This document shows, piece by piece, positions 43,547-56,528 of a DNA stretch of 64,000 bases (its first letter is position 1; every line of letters begins with the position of its first letter). The position numbers and the translations under genes are program-made. A model generated the notes under the pieces. That model was not told the DNA's origin, searched no databases, and saw only the letters and a list, made by a program, of their open reading frames with translations. The DNA comes from the human T2T-CHM13v2.0 reference genome, Homo sapiens: assembly GCF_009914755.1 (NCBI RefSeq), contig NC_060947.1. One strand, written 5' to 3'.

Positions 43547-44029
43547 CATTTGAATGCTTTTTTAAAAAAGTCTCTATATATCAATGCTCCAATTTAGGAG
43601 GGCCCATCATTCTCTTTTATGGGTTTAATGATAGAAGAAACAAAAGAATCAATCATTCTTTGAAGAAAACATACAACTCTTTTCTGTCTGGTTCATCAAG
43701 AGAATGACATTTGGCTCCAAGTAAAGTTTTCACATTTTCTGGCTTAACTCATCGATATACTGGAGTCTGGGATAACTTCAGAACATACAACATCCATGCT
43801 GCAAGTTTAAATGAAAAACGACTTCTTATTCCTCAGGAAAGGCTTGTTTTAAACAGGAAGCTCTTTCACTGTGACTCAGGTAAGGACCACAGAAATGGCC
43901 AGAAGTGAGTGCAGACACAAGTGCCCCTAAGGTTCTAATGCCAGAATGTGTAGCCAGTGGCTGCCAAGTCAGCTGGGAGGATGTACTTTCTCTCTCTCAA
44001 TTCCAGTCACATCATCTTCTCAAATGAAA

Positions 44030-44376
44030 AGCCAGCCAGTCACAGTGGCTTATACCTGTAATCCCAGTGCTCTGGGAGGCTGGGGTAGGAGGCTTGCTTG
44101 AGCCCAGGCGTTCAAGACTAGCTAGGCAACATGGCAAAACCCCAGCTCTACGAAAAATCAGTAAATTAGCCAGGTGTGGTAGCTCGTACCTTGTAGTCCC
44201 AGCTACTCAGGAGGCTGAGGTGGGAGGATCACCTGAGCCTGGGGAGGTCGAGGCTGCAGTGAGCCATGATCGCGCCACTGCACTCCAGCCTGGATGTCAG
44301 AGTGAGAGCCTGGGTGTCAGAGTGAGACCCTGTTTCCAAAAAATAAAAAAGAAAGAAAGAAAGAAAGAAAAAAAAA
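44030..44376 (+). mobile_element. Alu (J-type) with a 20-nt internal tandem duplication
   Basis: agcctgg(a/g)tgtcagagtgag occurs twice at 44287-44326. Confidence 0.94.
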
Positions 44377-47225
44377 GCCCATGGAGTCATTCCAGTACCC
44401 CCTAAATCAACTCTGCAGACGTTTACAAACGTTAAAGCTGAAAAGTGAAACTAATCAGTCCCCAAACTAAGGTTTCCATAGCCCTGGCTTTTTCTCAAGG
44501 CTATGAATAGCTTCCTTCAAACCCAAGATGTCTTCTGACCTTATGCAGGTGTCTGGGGAGGGTGAGCTCATCCCACAACGTGAGGGACTACTACCTGTTT
44601 GCAGTTGCTGCAAAGTGAGGCATGTCACAAGACGCAAAAACAGCTGGACACAATTGGGCAAACTTCTTCAGCTAGGACTATCTCAAGTTCAGGACCCAAT
44701 GAAGTGGTTCAGTTTCAGACTCATGATAGAAATAGATGTCAATCTTTCATTATTAATCCAACTTCAAGCATGTATCAAATGATAAGGTCCATATACAGAA
44801 AACAGTCATCTCATCTTTGATCAAGTTCAAGGAAGAGAACTTGTGTTCATTCTATTAAATTCTTACAAGGGTCCAAGACTGAATCACAAGGTGGACTCAA
44901 CTCATATCCTCTAAGATCCCATGTTAGCCAATCAAAGCAGGCTGTTAATAAATCCTGAAAGCAACTTCCTTCCCTAATAGCCACAACAACAGTAATAGAC
45001 CAAAACATCCGAAAGGTTGCTGGAGACAAAGCTCGATGATGGAAACAAAGGGGAAGGAGGCCCCTTCAGTCACTTATGGTAACTCATAAAACTTTAAAAA
45101 TTAGTTGGACCGAAGTGTTTACAAGTAACTAGAATCATCCCACAGATTTAGCCTCTGATCCTTGTTTTAAGGGGGGAAAAAAGTGTTTTTTTCATTGATT
45201 TTGGGTGGGAAAAAAATGTAGCTTTTGAGCTCAGTACAATGAACTATTTATCTGGCCTGACAAGGCCAATCAATCTACCCCCGCTGTTTATTATAAGGGG
45301 TAGCAGAATACTGGTAGTCTTGACTGGTGGGGGAGGGCCAGAGGCAGCCCTGGGCCTGGTACACAATGCTTCCCTTCAGCTGGAAATTTATGTTACGCCC
45401 AGGTGACCCAGGAGGTCAGGGTGAAGCCTCGGACAGAATGAAGATGATTTGTTATAGACTTCATATTTACAGAATGCCTCCATGTACTCAGGTCCCACAA
45501 CCACCGGCAGATTCCACATATAAAATGCCTCAGAATGAAAGGTTGGCCATAACCAGGCTGCAGGTCCAAGGCAGAAAGCTTTCAAAATGGAATGTAAGGC
45601 AGTAAGCCATCCCTCTGCATTCCAATTTTTGGTGAATGAAAAATTCCATAGGGGAACTCAGAGGCCAGATTTTCAGTGGTGAAGAGATAATCATCTGAAA
45701 AATTCTATTCCTTCGTTGATTTAAAGTTCTCAGGTAATTTTACTAAACTCATCCAAATAGTTACCTCAATTCCTTACCTTAATTAATTCCTTATCTTGTT
45801 AAATTAATTAATTACTTTAAATCTCTTACTGACTTGACAAAAACCATGGCTGGCCAAAGAGGCCTTGCCGCTGGTCAACATGCGTGCAATTGCCGTGCCC
45901 GCGGACCCAAGAGGCAGGTGGAGGAATGGGAGGGCTCCTTCTCATTGGTTTGAAAGTGCAGAAAGAACACACACTGAACTCTACCTCACCAAATCCAATG
46001 AATGCAGGTCTCAGGAGTTTGAGAGCTTACTTGCAAGAATGCAGGAGGCACTTTTGGGCAAGACTGTAGTTTTACAGCAAAGGGCACTTAATTCTTAAAA
46101 TGGGAAATCCCCTGCTTTGGTAGGATGAATTTAACAAAACGAGAAAAGAAAGAAAATCCTATAGCTGCTAACCAACATGGGCCTCCAGCCAATATTTGAT
46201 CTGAATAATTCAAAAAGGGAAATGTAACCCAGGGCAGCTGGAGGCAGTAGAGGAAGAGACAGAAAGGAAGAGAGGCACAAAGCTATGATCAATGGGCAGT
46301 TTACTGGACAAATTCTTATCCTGTCTAAATTTTATGAAAGATTAGCTGTTCTTCCTCCCCATGGTTATATAAACTTGCCTTCTTTTTTTCTGGTTAATGG
46401 AACCCTTTGCTAATCTAGTTCCTGTGCCTGCTTTCAAACAGCTCTCTATTTCTCTTTAAGGAAGTAATAAGCCCACTAAAAGCTGGCAGCCAAGCGCTAA
46501 CCTACAGGCATGCTCAGCATGTGCCCTGGCTGGTCCAAGGTCAGGAAAAACGGAGGGACCCTAGTGTGCTCACAGTATAAAATTGAGTGGGGTCGTCTCT
46601 GCAGTCTTCTATTCTCTCTCACATTATTTCAAACAATTATCACCAAGAGGGGATGGGAGAAAAAACAAAACTCCAACAAGCTGATACCTGAAAATCTGCC
46701 TTGAGGTCTCAAAAGAGAGAAAACAAGATTGTTAAAGGTCTTCTGGTCAGACAGATGTGTTAGCTATATCTTTGCACATTCTGCCTCACAAACTCAGAGA
46801 GGCAGGGTCTGCGCTAGGGAGCCTAGCAGTTGGAGAGAGAAATAACTTGATAAGGTTTGCCTTAAATTAAAGGGAGAGTGCGGTCAGACACACGGCTCAG
46901 GCCTGCACCACAGCATTCTCTAAATTCACCTTTCATCCATAAAAATAGATATGAAAGTGAAATCTACAGCTCCAGAAAAATCATCATTTACAAATGTAGT
47001 CTACTTTCCCACTGTCAAAAAATATTTTTATTAGTTCCCTTTATTACAGTTACTATACATATAGTCACTTGCCAAGTATGTATGTGTGTATCCAAAATAT
47101 ATACCAAAAACCAAAAGGACAAACTCTATTCAATTTTTCAGCAATATAAAGTTTGACACAGTTCACCAGAAGTTTCCAGCTTTTGTTTGTGTGCAGGGAG
47201 GGAACCTCTTTTTCCTTTTCCATAC

Positions 47226-47349
47226 CTCTCTTATTGGTTCTTAAAATCGTTTCAGAAGACAGCAAAGAGTTTCCACTGGGCACTTCGTGCAGGGGCTTTT
47301 CTGGAGCTTTGTTGGTGAGAGGGTCTTTCTTCATCTCTTTCTTTATTTC
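47226..47349 (-). CDS. SH3KBP1: SH3KBP1/CIN85 coding exon (canonical exon 3, about aa 55-96; linker between SH3A and SH3B)
   Basis: Minus strand reads ctcacAG|GAA ATA AAG...AAT AAG AGA G|GTATGG. 124 nt encoding [41 protein letters not shown], which matches human CIN85 as I recall it. Starts in phase 0 and ends in phase 1. Confidence 0.97.
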
Positions 47350-47893
47350 CTGTGAGGACAGATAAAAGGAAAACAAGATTATAGTTTGAAACTTTAGAAT
47401 GCCTCTTGGACTATCTTAAGCTCCATCTTTCTGGAAATGAACTATAGCAATGCCAACTTAGCATAACATCATGTTTTAAAAACACCATTTTCTGTATCTT
47501 TGTAGTTTTCTTACATTTATTAGAAAAGCACCTGGTCCTATAAAGTGGAATAAGCCCCAGTATGGTGAGGCGACCTTATGTAACTATGGCCATTCCATGT
47601 GACTATAAAGAGAATGAGTGAAACATAAAAGCCACCATACAGCTCTAAGTGACAGCCTGTTCTTGTTAAACAATGACAAGCTTTGGCCAAGCAGACTCAC
47701 CCCCTTAAAAAGCCTTCTGATTTATCTTCTTCTCAACAGAGATTTAAAGAAGCATATTCCCAAATTACCATTGTGCTCACAAGGATACTAAACCCAAAAG
47801 AAGATGATTCTAATGCATTTACAGTCATCAAGTTCCTCTGGCTTTTCAACTCTTGACAAAGAAAAAAAATAAGGATGGCTTATCACTCTAGAT

Positions 47894-48081
47894 CAGGGGT
47901 CAGCAAATGAAAGCTCACCACTCACTTTTGTAAAGAAAGTCTCATTAGAACACAACTATACTCATGCATTTAAGTATTTTGTACAGCTGCTTTCATGCTA
48001 CACCAGCGGAACTGAGTAGCTGCAACAGAGATCAAAGTCTAAAATATCTGGCCCTTTACAGAAAAAGTTCGCTGACCCCTG
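47894..48081 (-). mobile_element. MER58A (hAT-Charlie MITE)
   Basis: Terminal inverted repeats CAGGGGTCAGCAAA / TTCGCTGACCCCTG; 8-bp TSD ctctagat/ctctaggt. Confidence 0.88.
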
Positions 48082-49859
48082 CTCTAGGTAGACTCTTAAT
48101 CAAAGCTCCATTAAGATCTAGATTTCTGAAATCTGATGGCTAATATAATTATTTCAAATTGCTTTAATAATTTACATAATTGTTTTAAAAAGCATTATTA
48201 GACCAAGATAATAGTGACTCACAAAGTATAAGTCTGTATACAGGAATTCCCCCCAAAGGAGTAAGGATTTTCTAGGCTTGTCTGAATCCATAATCACAGT
48301 AACTTGGGGAAAAGTGAAAGCTTAGGGGCTGACCCAAAGCATGGCTGAATGGCAGGAAGAGCTCAAAGATGAGGAATGCGCTCCTTAAAAAGAGCCCATG
48401 AGGTAAGAAATGGGGATGGGCTCCCCGCTGGAAGGAACAGAGATGCTAAATTGGGTAGAGGGCCATGACTAGGCCCGAGCAGAGGGCAGAGGCAGAAAGA
48501 AAGCAACAAAAGTTTGTCAAAACAATGCCACTCCCCGCAGCTTCCTGCACACTCAAGAGTGTGTTAGTTACCATATCCAATTCCCCAGTTGCTGCCTCTG
48601 TTCACAGCAGCCTCACCCTCTCTTCCTCCCTCACCAGGGCCCCACCGGAAACCAACAACTGGGGCTGGCGCTTTGCTAGGTTGAGTGTTTCAACTGGCGT
48701 CCCAGAGGCCTAACTAGGCGAAGCTCAGCCCTAGCCCAACACCGGTACCTCTGCACACCACACAAAGCTGTGTGTGCTTGAATATATGTACACGGACACC
48801 TACCTCAGCAGCCCCAGCACCTGCTAGAGCAGCAGTTGCTGGGGGTTCCTGTAGCCTCACAGGCAGATGGCATCAGGGGACAATCTGCAAACATTGCCCG
48901 CCTGAGCCACATGACAGGATGCTAACTTGGTGATGGCTGCCAGCCTGCTCTGGCTCTGAAAGTAAAGACAACAAGCCACCAAGTGGGCTCATTTCCTCAC
49001 CGGTTGCTTCTTTGGGGGAAGAACAGTTGCTCAAACCTCATTTTCCATCGCAGTGTGGGTATGACTGTGCACGTGCAAATTCCCCACCTAGACACAACGT
49101 GATGCAGTAACACAACAGAGCACAACACCCAACTTTGCCAAGGAGTAACTCAGAGAAAGTCAGTGGGTTGAGGACGACATAGCAAGTGTCTACTTAGCAA
49201 TAACTGCTAATGGCATGCAGCCGGGGAAGGGTGGGAGAAGCAGCGCCAGCATTGTGAGGCTGGGGTGGTCCCTGGAGAAAGCCTCAGAAGCCATGGTTCT
49301 CAAGAAGGCTCACCCCTACTCCCCAATGCTTCAGAGCAGCACGTGGGGAGCAGCTGGCTAGGAAGGACTGGGTCTGATCAAGAGCAGGTGCTGAAGGGCT
49401 GAGAAACTGGCACCAGGAGAGAGGCTGGCCCATAAATTCCAGACTCCATTGTTCCCCCAGTAATTGTTCACATTTGCCAAATAGAGAAGCTGAATGATGA
49501 GTGAATTGCTTAAGTTGCTTCTTTAGGTGGAAGCAGGGAGGAGACAAAACCTAAAATATGTCTTGCATTTTTTTCAGAGAAACCAATCGGACACATGGCC
49601 GTGGCAGTTAATTCTATAGGCTCCCCACCTGGATAACACCCAAGCTCAATGCAGCCCCACCCAAAGCCAATACCTTTTCTCCAACCTGCCCCTTCTCCCA
49701 GGAAAGGGCAGCCTGTCTTCTTTGGTACCCCATCATCCACCCAATTACCCAGAGTAGAAAATTCAGTATTATCCCCCTATCTAAGCAGTCGCCCAGTCTG
49801 GCTGCATCTACTTTCTCAATCTGTTTCTTTTTTGTCCTCCTGTAGTATCTTAAAAACAT

Positions 49860-50755
49860 AAAGGGAAAAAAATATAAATGCCAAGCAAAGGACTTGAATA
49901 GACGTTTCTCCAAAGAAAACATACAAGTGGCTAATGAGCATGTGACACGATGTTCAACATCATTAGTCATTAGGGAAATGCAAATGAAAACCACAATGAA
50001 ATACCCTTTCGTACCTACTAGGATGGCTAGAATTTTAAAAGAAAACAAGTGTTGATGAGGATGTGGAGAAACTGGAATCTTTGTATATTGCTAATGGGAA
50101 TGTAAAATAGGGCAGCTCCTGTGGAAAACAGTATGGCAGCTCCTTAGAAAGTTAAATATAGAATTACCATCTGATCCAGCAATTCCACTTCTAGGTATAT
50201 ACTCAAAAGCATTGAAAGCAGGGACCCCAGCAGAATTGAAAGCTTTGCCCCCAAGGCAAACTTGTATGCCAGTGTTTACTGCAACTTTATACATAATAGC
50301 CAAAAGAAGGAAATAACCCAAGTGTCCATTAAGAGATGAATGGATAAACAAGATATGGTATATCCACAAAATGGAATATTATACAGCCTCGAAAAGGAAT
50401 AAAGTTCTGATACATGCTACAACATGGATGAACCTGGAAAACATTATGCTAAGTGAAATAAAACACACAAAGGGATAAACATTGTATGAGTCCACCTATG
50501 TGAAATATCTAGAATAGGCAAATTCATAGAGATAGAAAGTAGATTAGAGGTTACCTGAAAGGTTGGGAGAGGCAGAATGGGAAGTTACTGTTTGATAGTT
50601 AAAGGGTTCTCTCAGGAGTAGTGAAAATGTTTTGGACATAGATAGTACGGATAGTTGCACAACATTCTAATGTAATTAATGCTACTGACTGTACACTTAA
50701 AATAACTAAAATGGTAAATTTTATGTTACATATATTACCACAATAAAATGAATAG
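49860..50755 (+). mobile_element. L1MB 3' portion
   Basis: ORF2 C-terminal remnant plus 3' UTR ending ...ccacaataaaa. Confidence 0.9.
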
Positions 50756-50769
50756 AAGACTCCCACATG

Positions 50770-50960
50770 AATAGCAGCTAACATCTGAGTGCTTACCATG
50801 TGCCAAACCCCGCTCTAAGAGCTTCACCTGGACTGCAACTTTTAATCTACACTATGGCCCTACTCAGACACCCACACAAGACCCAGGGGGCTAAGCAAAC
50901 TTGCTCAAGGTCAGACAAGTAGGAGCCAGGATTGGAACTCAACCTGTCTAGCTTCAGAGC
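50770..50960 (-). mobile_element. MIR
   Basis: gctaacatctgagtgcttaccatgtgcca...cttgctcaaggtca...ggattggaactcaa. Confidence 0.7.
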
Positions 50961-50972
50961 TCATCTCTCTCA

Positions 50973-51249
50973 TTTTTTTTTTCTTTTGAGACAGTCTCAC
51001 TCTGTTGCCCAGGCTGGAGTACAATGGCGTGATCTCAGTTCACTGCAACCTCCACTTCCGGGTTCAGGCAATGGTCATGTCTCAGCCTCCCGAATAGCTG
51101 GGATTACAGGCACGTGCCACCTCACCCGGCTAATTTTTGTGTTTTTTAGTAGAGGCAGAGTTTCGCCATGTTGGCCAGACTGGTCTCAAGCTCCTGACCT
51201 CAAGTAATCCGCCCACCTTGGCCTCCCAAAATGCTGGGATTACAGGCGA
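50973..51249 (-). mobile_element. Alu (S-type, slightly 5'-truncated)
   Basis: TSD gagctcatctct on both sides. Confidence 0.95.
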
Positions 51250-53084
51250 GAGCTCATCTCTTAACCACTGTTTCCTGGAGTACTGCCTGGATTATAATCA
51301 TGTCTTCCTGCCTACAATCTCTCCCCTCCCAGTTTAGCCTCTGCAAAATGGACACTCAAACGTCTGTTGTTCTTGTCAGTCCCTACAGAAATCTCCAGTT
51401 ACTTCCAAGAGACCACAGGACAAGCTTTCATTCAAACACTTTTCAAATTGAACAGCAAACCACAAGTCTCTGTGTACTTGCTTCTGACTAAAAATATGTG
51501 ACATGCATGCTGACCCCACAGAACCAATTACCATGCAAATATAAGTTGGGGGATGGTGCACTGCTTGGACAACACCTTATGTTCACAGAATCCTGACGTC
51601 ATGGATTCCTATCCACAGGCTCTAAAAATAGGTGATGATGCTAGCAATGATACAACTGTACACTGGCAAAGGCTTATAAATTAAAGTGCTTTAGCAGCTA
51701 TTTTTTCACTTGTTCCTAACAACAACACTGTCAGGAAAAAAAAAAACAACTGATTTTGCCAAACATATATTTTTATACATAAGAATAGTGAGACCCAGTC
51801 AGAGAAGATGCAAGATCAGATGAAGGCCACAAAGCTAGCAAGGGGCAGAGCTGGCCATGAAACCAAACTCTGAGCCTTCTAGGCAGAGCTCTCCTAGTAC
51901 ATCTCACCTCCTAAGAAGAACCAGTGGCATGACTATAGGAGGGAGACTCAAAACCACTCAGCCTGTGGCTCCAGTGGAAACCTTAGCTTCCCTCCACAGT
52001 TAAGTGATGTAACAGATCACCTTACCTATAAAGCCCAAGACTATTGAGGCCCAAATCTTTGAAGTCCCTTATTATCCATCCACATAGAAGAGCTCCTTCC
52101 TGCAGAGGAGGGTTGGCTTGGAACTAGAGCAACTCCTGCCTCTGTATATCTGCCAACAGCCAAGTACCTGGAGCTCTCCGAGGTTCTGATCCAGGTCATG
52201 GGACTCTGGATTTCCTGGGACTGGGGGTTCCTAGACCCCCGTCTTTAATTGCAACTTTCTGACCATCAGGCCCGTGTTTTTTTGCCATTTGTTAAGAACC
52301 TGGGTCCTATAATCTCAGTAGTAGAGGCCACACCCTGGACCAGAATTACAGGCCATGAGGGCTCATGGAAATGCATACATAACTGCCCACATATATAAAT
52401 CAGCAATGATTTTGCTTGCTTAAAGACAATATAGAACAGACAGGGTATCAGCAAACCTCTTCAGAAAGCAAAGGAAACCCAGCTTCTCTTTATCTCAGAT
52501 CTGATCTCTTTACAATGGAAACTCAGCATGTACAATAAAACCGAGGCCATCAATAAGGTATCAATGCTGCAAAGGACGCTTCAGCTGTGTCACAAGGACC
52601 ACTTGAGAAAAGGAAGAGAACTCACACCATTCCCTTCCCAAAAGCACTGTACCAAACAGAGCCTGGGATGGCTCACCCACATTCAGAGACCAAAAAGCCA
52701 GAATAATGCCACTCTGGCAAAAATTCACGACACATTCAGCGGCCTGCAAACAGCAGCCTCACCGGGCAAACAGATGATGTGCATGCAACTGCGAGCTATG
52801 CTAGGATGGTCTGCTTTCTGATAAGCTGCGTTGCCTGGATCTGGCTGGCTGCTGAGCCAAGTTGGCTACCTCTTTTCTCTTCTCCCTCACCATCCGTTTC
52901 ATACTTTACAGGTACTGGTGAGTTGGCTGGGTTCAGTGTTAACTCCTTTAAATTAACTGGTCAGTCTGTAACCAAAATACTACACAGTAAAATACCAAAA
53001 TATGATCAGTTTGGGGGCCCCTCCCTCCTTTCATCCTTTACTTCTTTCACCATTCATAACACAGTTTAAGGCACAGGCTTCACG

Positions 53085-53640
53085 ATGAATGGAGAATGAT
53101 GCTGTGCATCAGAAAACCAGAACTAGTACTGACGTCATCATTTATCTGAGGTGTGACCTTGGGGGCAACACTTAAAGTCTCTATGCAGCCCTTCTGTCAT
53201 CTGTAAAAGAGGTCTAACAACAAACACACCATCCGAGAGGTGTCTTCAGGATCAAAGAGTGAATTAGAGAGTAGTATACAAATTGATTATCTACTCTCAT
53301 TATTAAATAGCAAATACTATTTTAAAAAGAACTATACATAACACAGATGAAATTCACAGTCATAATGTTGAATGACAGAAGCCAGACATAAAAGATGATG
53401 TACTGTATGATTCCAATTATGTGAAACCCAACAACAGGCAAAATTAATCATTGGTGAGAGATCTCAGAACAGCAGTTACACTTGGGGAGGTGTACCAGGG
53501 AGTCTCCTGGGAGGATGAAAATGTCCTATAACGAGGTCTGGGTGGTGGTTACACAGGTGTACATAGACCAAAATATTCATTGAACTGTACTTCTAAGACC
53601 TCTGCACTTCACTGCATGCAATTTCAATTTAAAAGAACAG
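53085..53640 (+). mobile_element. MIR (about 53085-53270) followed by an old L1M 3' end (about 53300-53640)
   Basis: gtgtgaccttgggg...tcatctgtaaaa, then cataatgttgaatgacagaagccagaca...tgaactgtac. Confidence 0.65.
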
Positions 53641-55407
53641 CACAAATGCTTAAACTGAAAGAAGACAGATTCTTTTAAATTGAAATGTGCTGATATTTTC
53701 TCCTAGGAGGTCAGACATACACAAAGCTAGTGCTTGGGTATTTTAATGTTCATCTCAGGTGGTGAGATGTTTTCTGGGATCAACATCAATGGGGCAGGTG
53801 GTCGGAATGTGCCAGATGCACCCTATGGAGTAGGTGAGCCATGCGTGTCTCATCTCACCTACCCAATCAGATGAATGGATCTGTTCCCAAGAGGGCATCC
53901 TTGTTCTCCACCTCAGCTGTTTTCCCCCTATCTTGCCAGATTTCTCTCTCTCCTGTCACCAACAGTATTGGCACACAGAGCAGGCTGGTGCCACGGACAC
54001 CAGGGAAAGCTGGGCACCACCCTGATCTGCCCAGAATGCTGGTCCTGGTACTTCTCTCTGCATTTGAAGAGCTGAGTGAGGTTGGGCAGAGCCCCCTTGG
54101 CTTAGGGTGGAAGCAGGGCAGGGGAAACAGACATCATTCATCAGCCTGCCCTCAGTCCTGCTCTATTGCTTTCTGCAGGAAAGGCTTCCTTTAGACCCAG
54201 ACGTGGCTGCAGGATCACAGCTGTGCCCCCTGCACTAGTTCATAGAAAACCATTTTGCAAAATTACCACTGGCAGGAGATTTTTAAAAATCACTAAAAAC
54301 AAACACTTTTACCAAGTCTACTGATCAAGACAGCTTTGAATAGACACAGAAACCTAGAATAGCACATTGTTCCCCAACATGCATATCTCTCCCCTGACCC
54401 CACCCCACCCCACGCAAAAGGCAAGTCTGAGGAACAGCTGCCCCGTGAGTATGTTCCCTTCGTGCAGAGACTGTGCCTTCCCAGTATTTGGCTCTCTTCA
54501 CAAAAGGCTGGTCTGTCTCAGAACACCTGGGAAGACACAGCAAGTATTCTGAGAATATGGCAGACTACCAAGGGGAGCTTCAGCTGTAGCTTTAAGATTC
54601 TGTTTCTTTAAAAAATATATCTGATTACCACAATAAAAGAAAATACCCATGCTATCAAACCACCAAGTGCACCAACTTCATTAGAACTGTAAAGAAGAAA
54701 AAAAACATAAAGTAAATATGGCAAAATATGAGGATTTAATAAAGCAAGGGTGATGGGCACATAGGTATTTGTTATATGCTTTACATATTTCATAATTTGC
54801 CCTAAAATTACATAGCAGAACCACGTTGATGTCTCACACCACAATGGCTTTCTCATACTTACAAAATATGCTGATGCTCAGAAAAGTGCTTTGATATATA
54901 CTCATAAATATTCTGATGGTATTTTCAGCTCAAAGCTAACAAGGAAATTTCAAGAAATGTAACAGGTCTATTACCATGTTCTATGTCAATCTTTAACTGC
55001 ATATTTGCAATATCATATACTTGCAGTATTATCTCCCAAGAATCACTCATAACACGAATAAGAAAATAACAAGAACATGAGAACAAGGGCAAGAAGCTCT
55101 TGACCTTCAGGAAAGGGATGAACACTATAAAGACCACAACAAGTAACAGATACTGGACAAAAATGAGAACGACTACCTTTGTGTCCCAAAGAGATAATGT
55201 TGCTTCCCGATGTACAGTGTAATTACTTGCATGACAGTTGGTGCCTTTATGTTTGCCCACACCCCGCTAAACATCTAGATTATTACCACTGGATCAAAGG
55301 GTGTCAATATCAACCAGTTGTTTGGATACTTAAAAATATCTATCAGATGAATGACCAATTTAGTAGAGTGTTATGGGCAAGATGGCTGTCTACAGATGAA
55401 GTAGAGT

Positions 55408-55618
55408 ATTTTCTTTCTTTTGGTGGGGCGTAGGGAGGAGTCTTGCTCTGTCATAACCTCTGCCTCTTGGGTTCAAGCGATTCTCCTGTCTCAGTCTGCC
55501 TAGTAGCTGGGATTACAGGCACCCACCACCAACATCCAGCTAATTTTTGTATTTTTAGTAAAGACCCAGTTTCACCATGTTGACCAGGCTGGTCTCGAAT
55601 TCCTGACCTCAAGTGATC
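55408..55618 (-). mobile_element. Alu (S-type; internal deletion, 5'-truncated)
   Basis: Antisense Alu pieces with a missing segment after gctctgtca. Confidence 0.88.
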
Positions 55619-55997
55619 AGAGGCAGAATATTCTCAATTGAGCCCAAAGCTGCAACAACATGGAGATCTGTATCATCCCTATAAAGATACGGCTGGATCA
55701 CCATCAACTTCTCACCTTAAAAGATGCAGATCAGGCTTAGGAGCAGAGGGGAGAAGATGATACAGTAAGAAAATTCATGTAGTCCCTAACTTTTTTAAAA
55801 AAACAAGTAATACTTATTTCTTTATTTAACTGGGAATATTAGACATTCAAAATGAATTTACTCATTTAAAAACTAAACCTTTAAAGCACTAGAAGAAAAT
55901 AAAGAATGTTTCTACAATCTCAGAAAGGCAAAGATAATTTAACACTCTGACACAGAATTTAGAAGCTAGAAAAGAAAGGGTCAATAAATTACAGAAT

Positions 55998-56296
55998 GGC
56001 AGGCACGGTGGCTCACGTCTGTAATCCCAGCACTTTGGGAGGCCAGGCAGGCGGATCACGAGGTCAGGAGTTTGAGACCAGCCTGGCCAACATGGTGAAA
56101 CCCTGCCTCTACTAAAGATACAAAAAATTATCAGGGTGTGGTGGCGTGTGCCTGTAATCCCAGCTACTTAGGAGGCAGAGGCAGGAGCATCGCTTGAACC
56201 CAGGAGGCGGAGGTTGCAATGAGCCAAGATTGCGCCATCGGACTCCAGCCTGGGCGACAGGGCGAGACTCTGTCTCAAAATAAATAAATAAATAAA
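55998..56296 (+). mobile_element. Alu (Sg-like)
   Basis: TSD aataaattacagaa at 55983-55996 and 56297-56310. Confidence 0.96.
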
Positions 56297-56528
56297 AATA
56301 AATTACAGAAAACTAAGAATATAACATAGCAAACAACAACAACGACAAAATTCATCAACGAAGACAAAAGACAAACTGGGGGAATGTTGCCTCTTCTATA
56401 AAGAGAGCTCCTTCTACAAAGTATCAGCAAAAGATCAATAACCCAACAAAAAAATAGCAAAGGACAGGTCACATAAAAAAGAAAAAAATGACTCAAACAT
56501 GCAACAAGATGCTTAACTGCATTCACGA

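Noticed and set aside
47065-47225. ORF extension MEKEKEVP...ILGK after exon 3
   Set aside because: This is intron read-through past the donor; nothing indicates intron retention.
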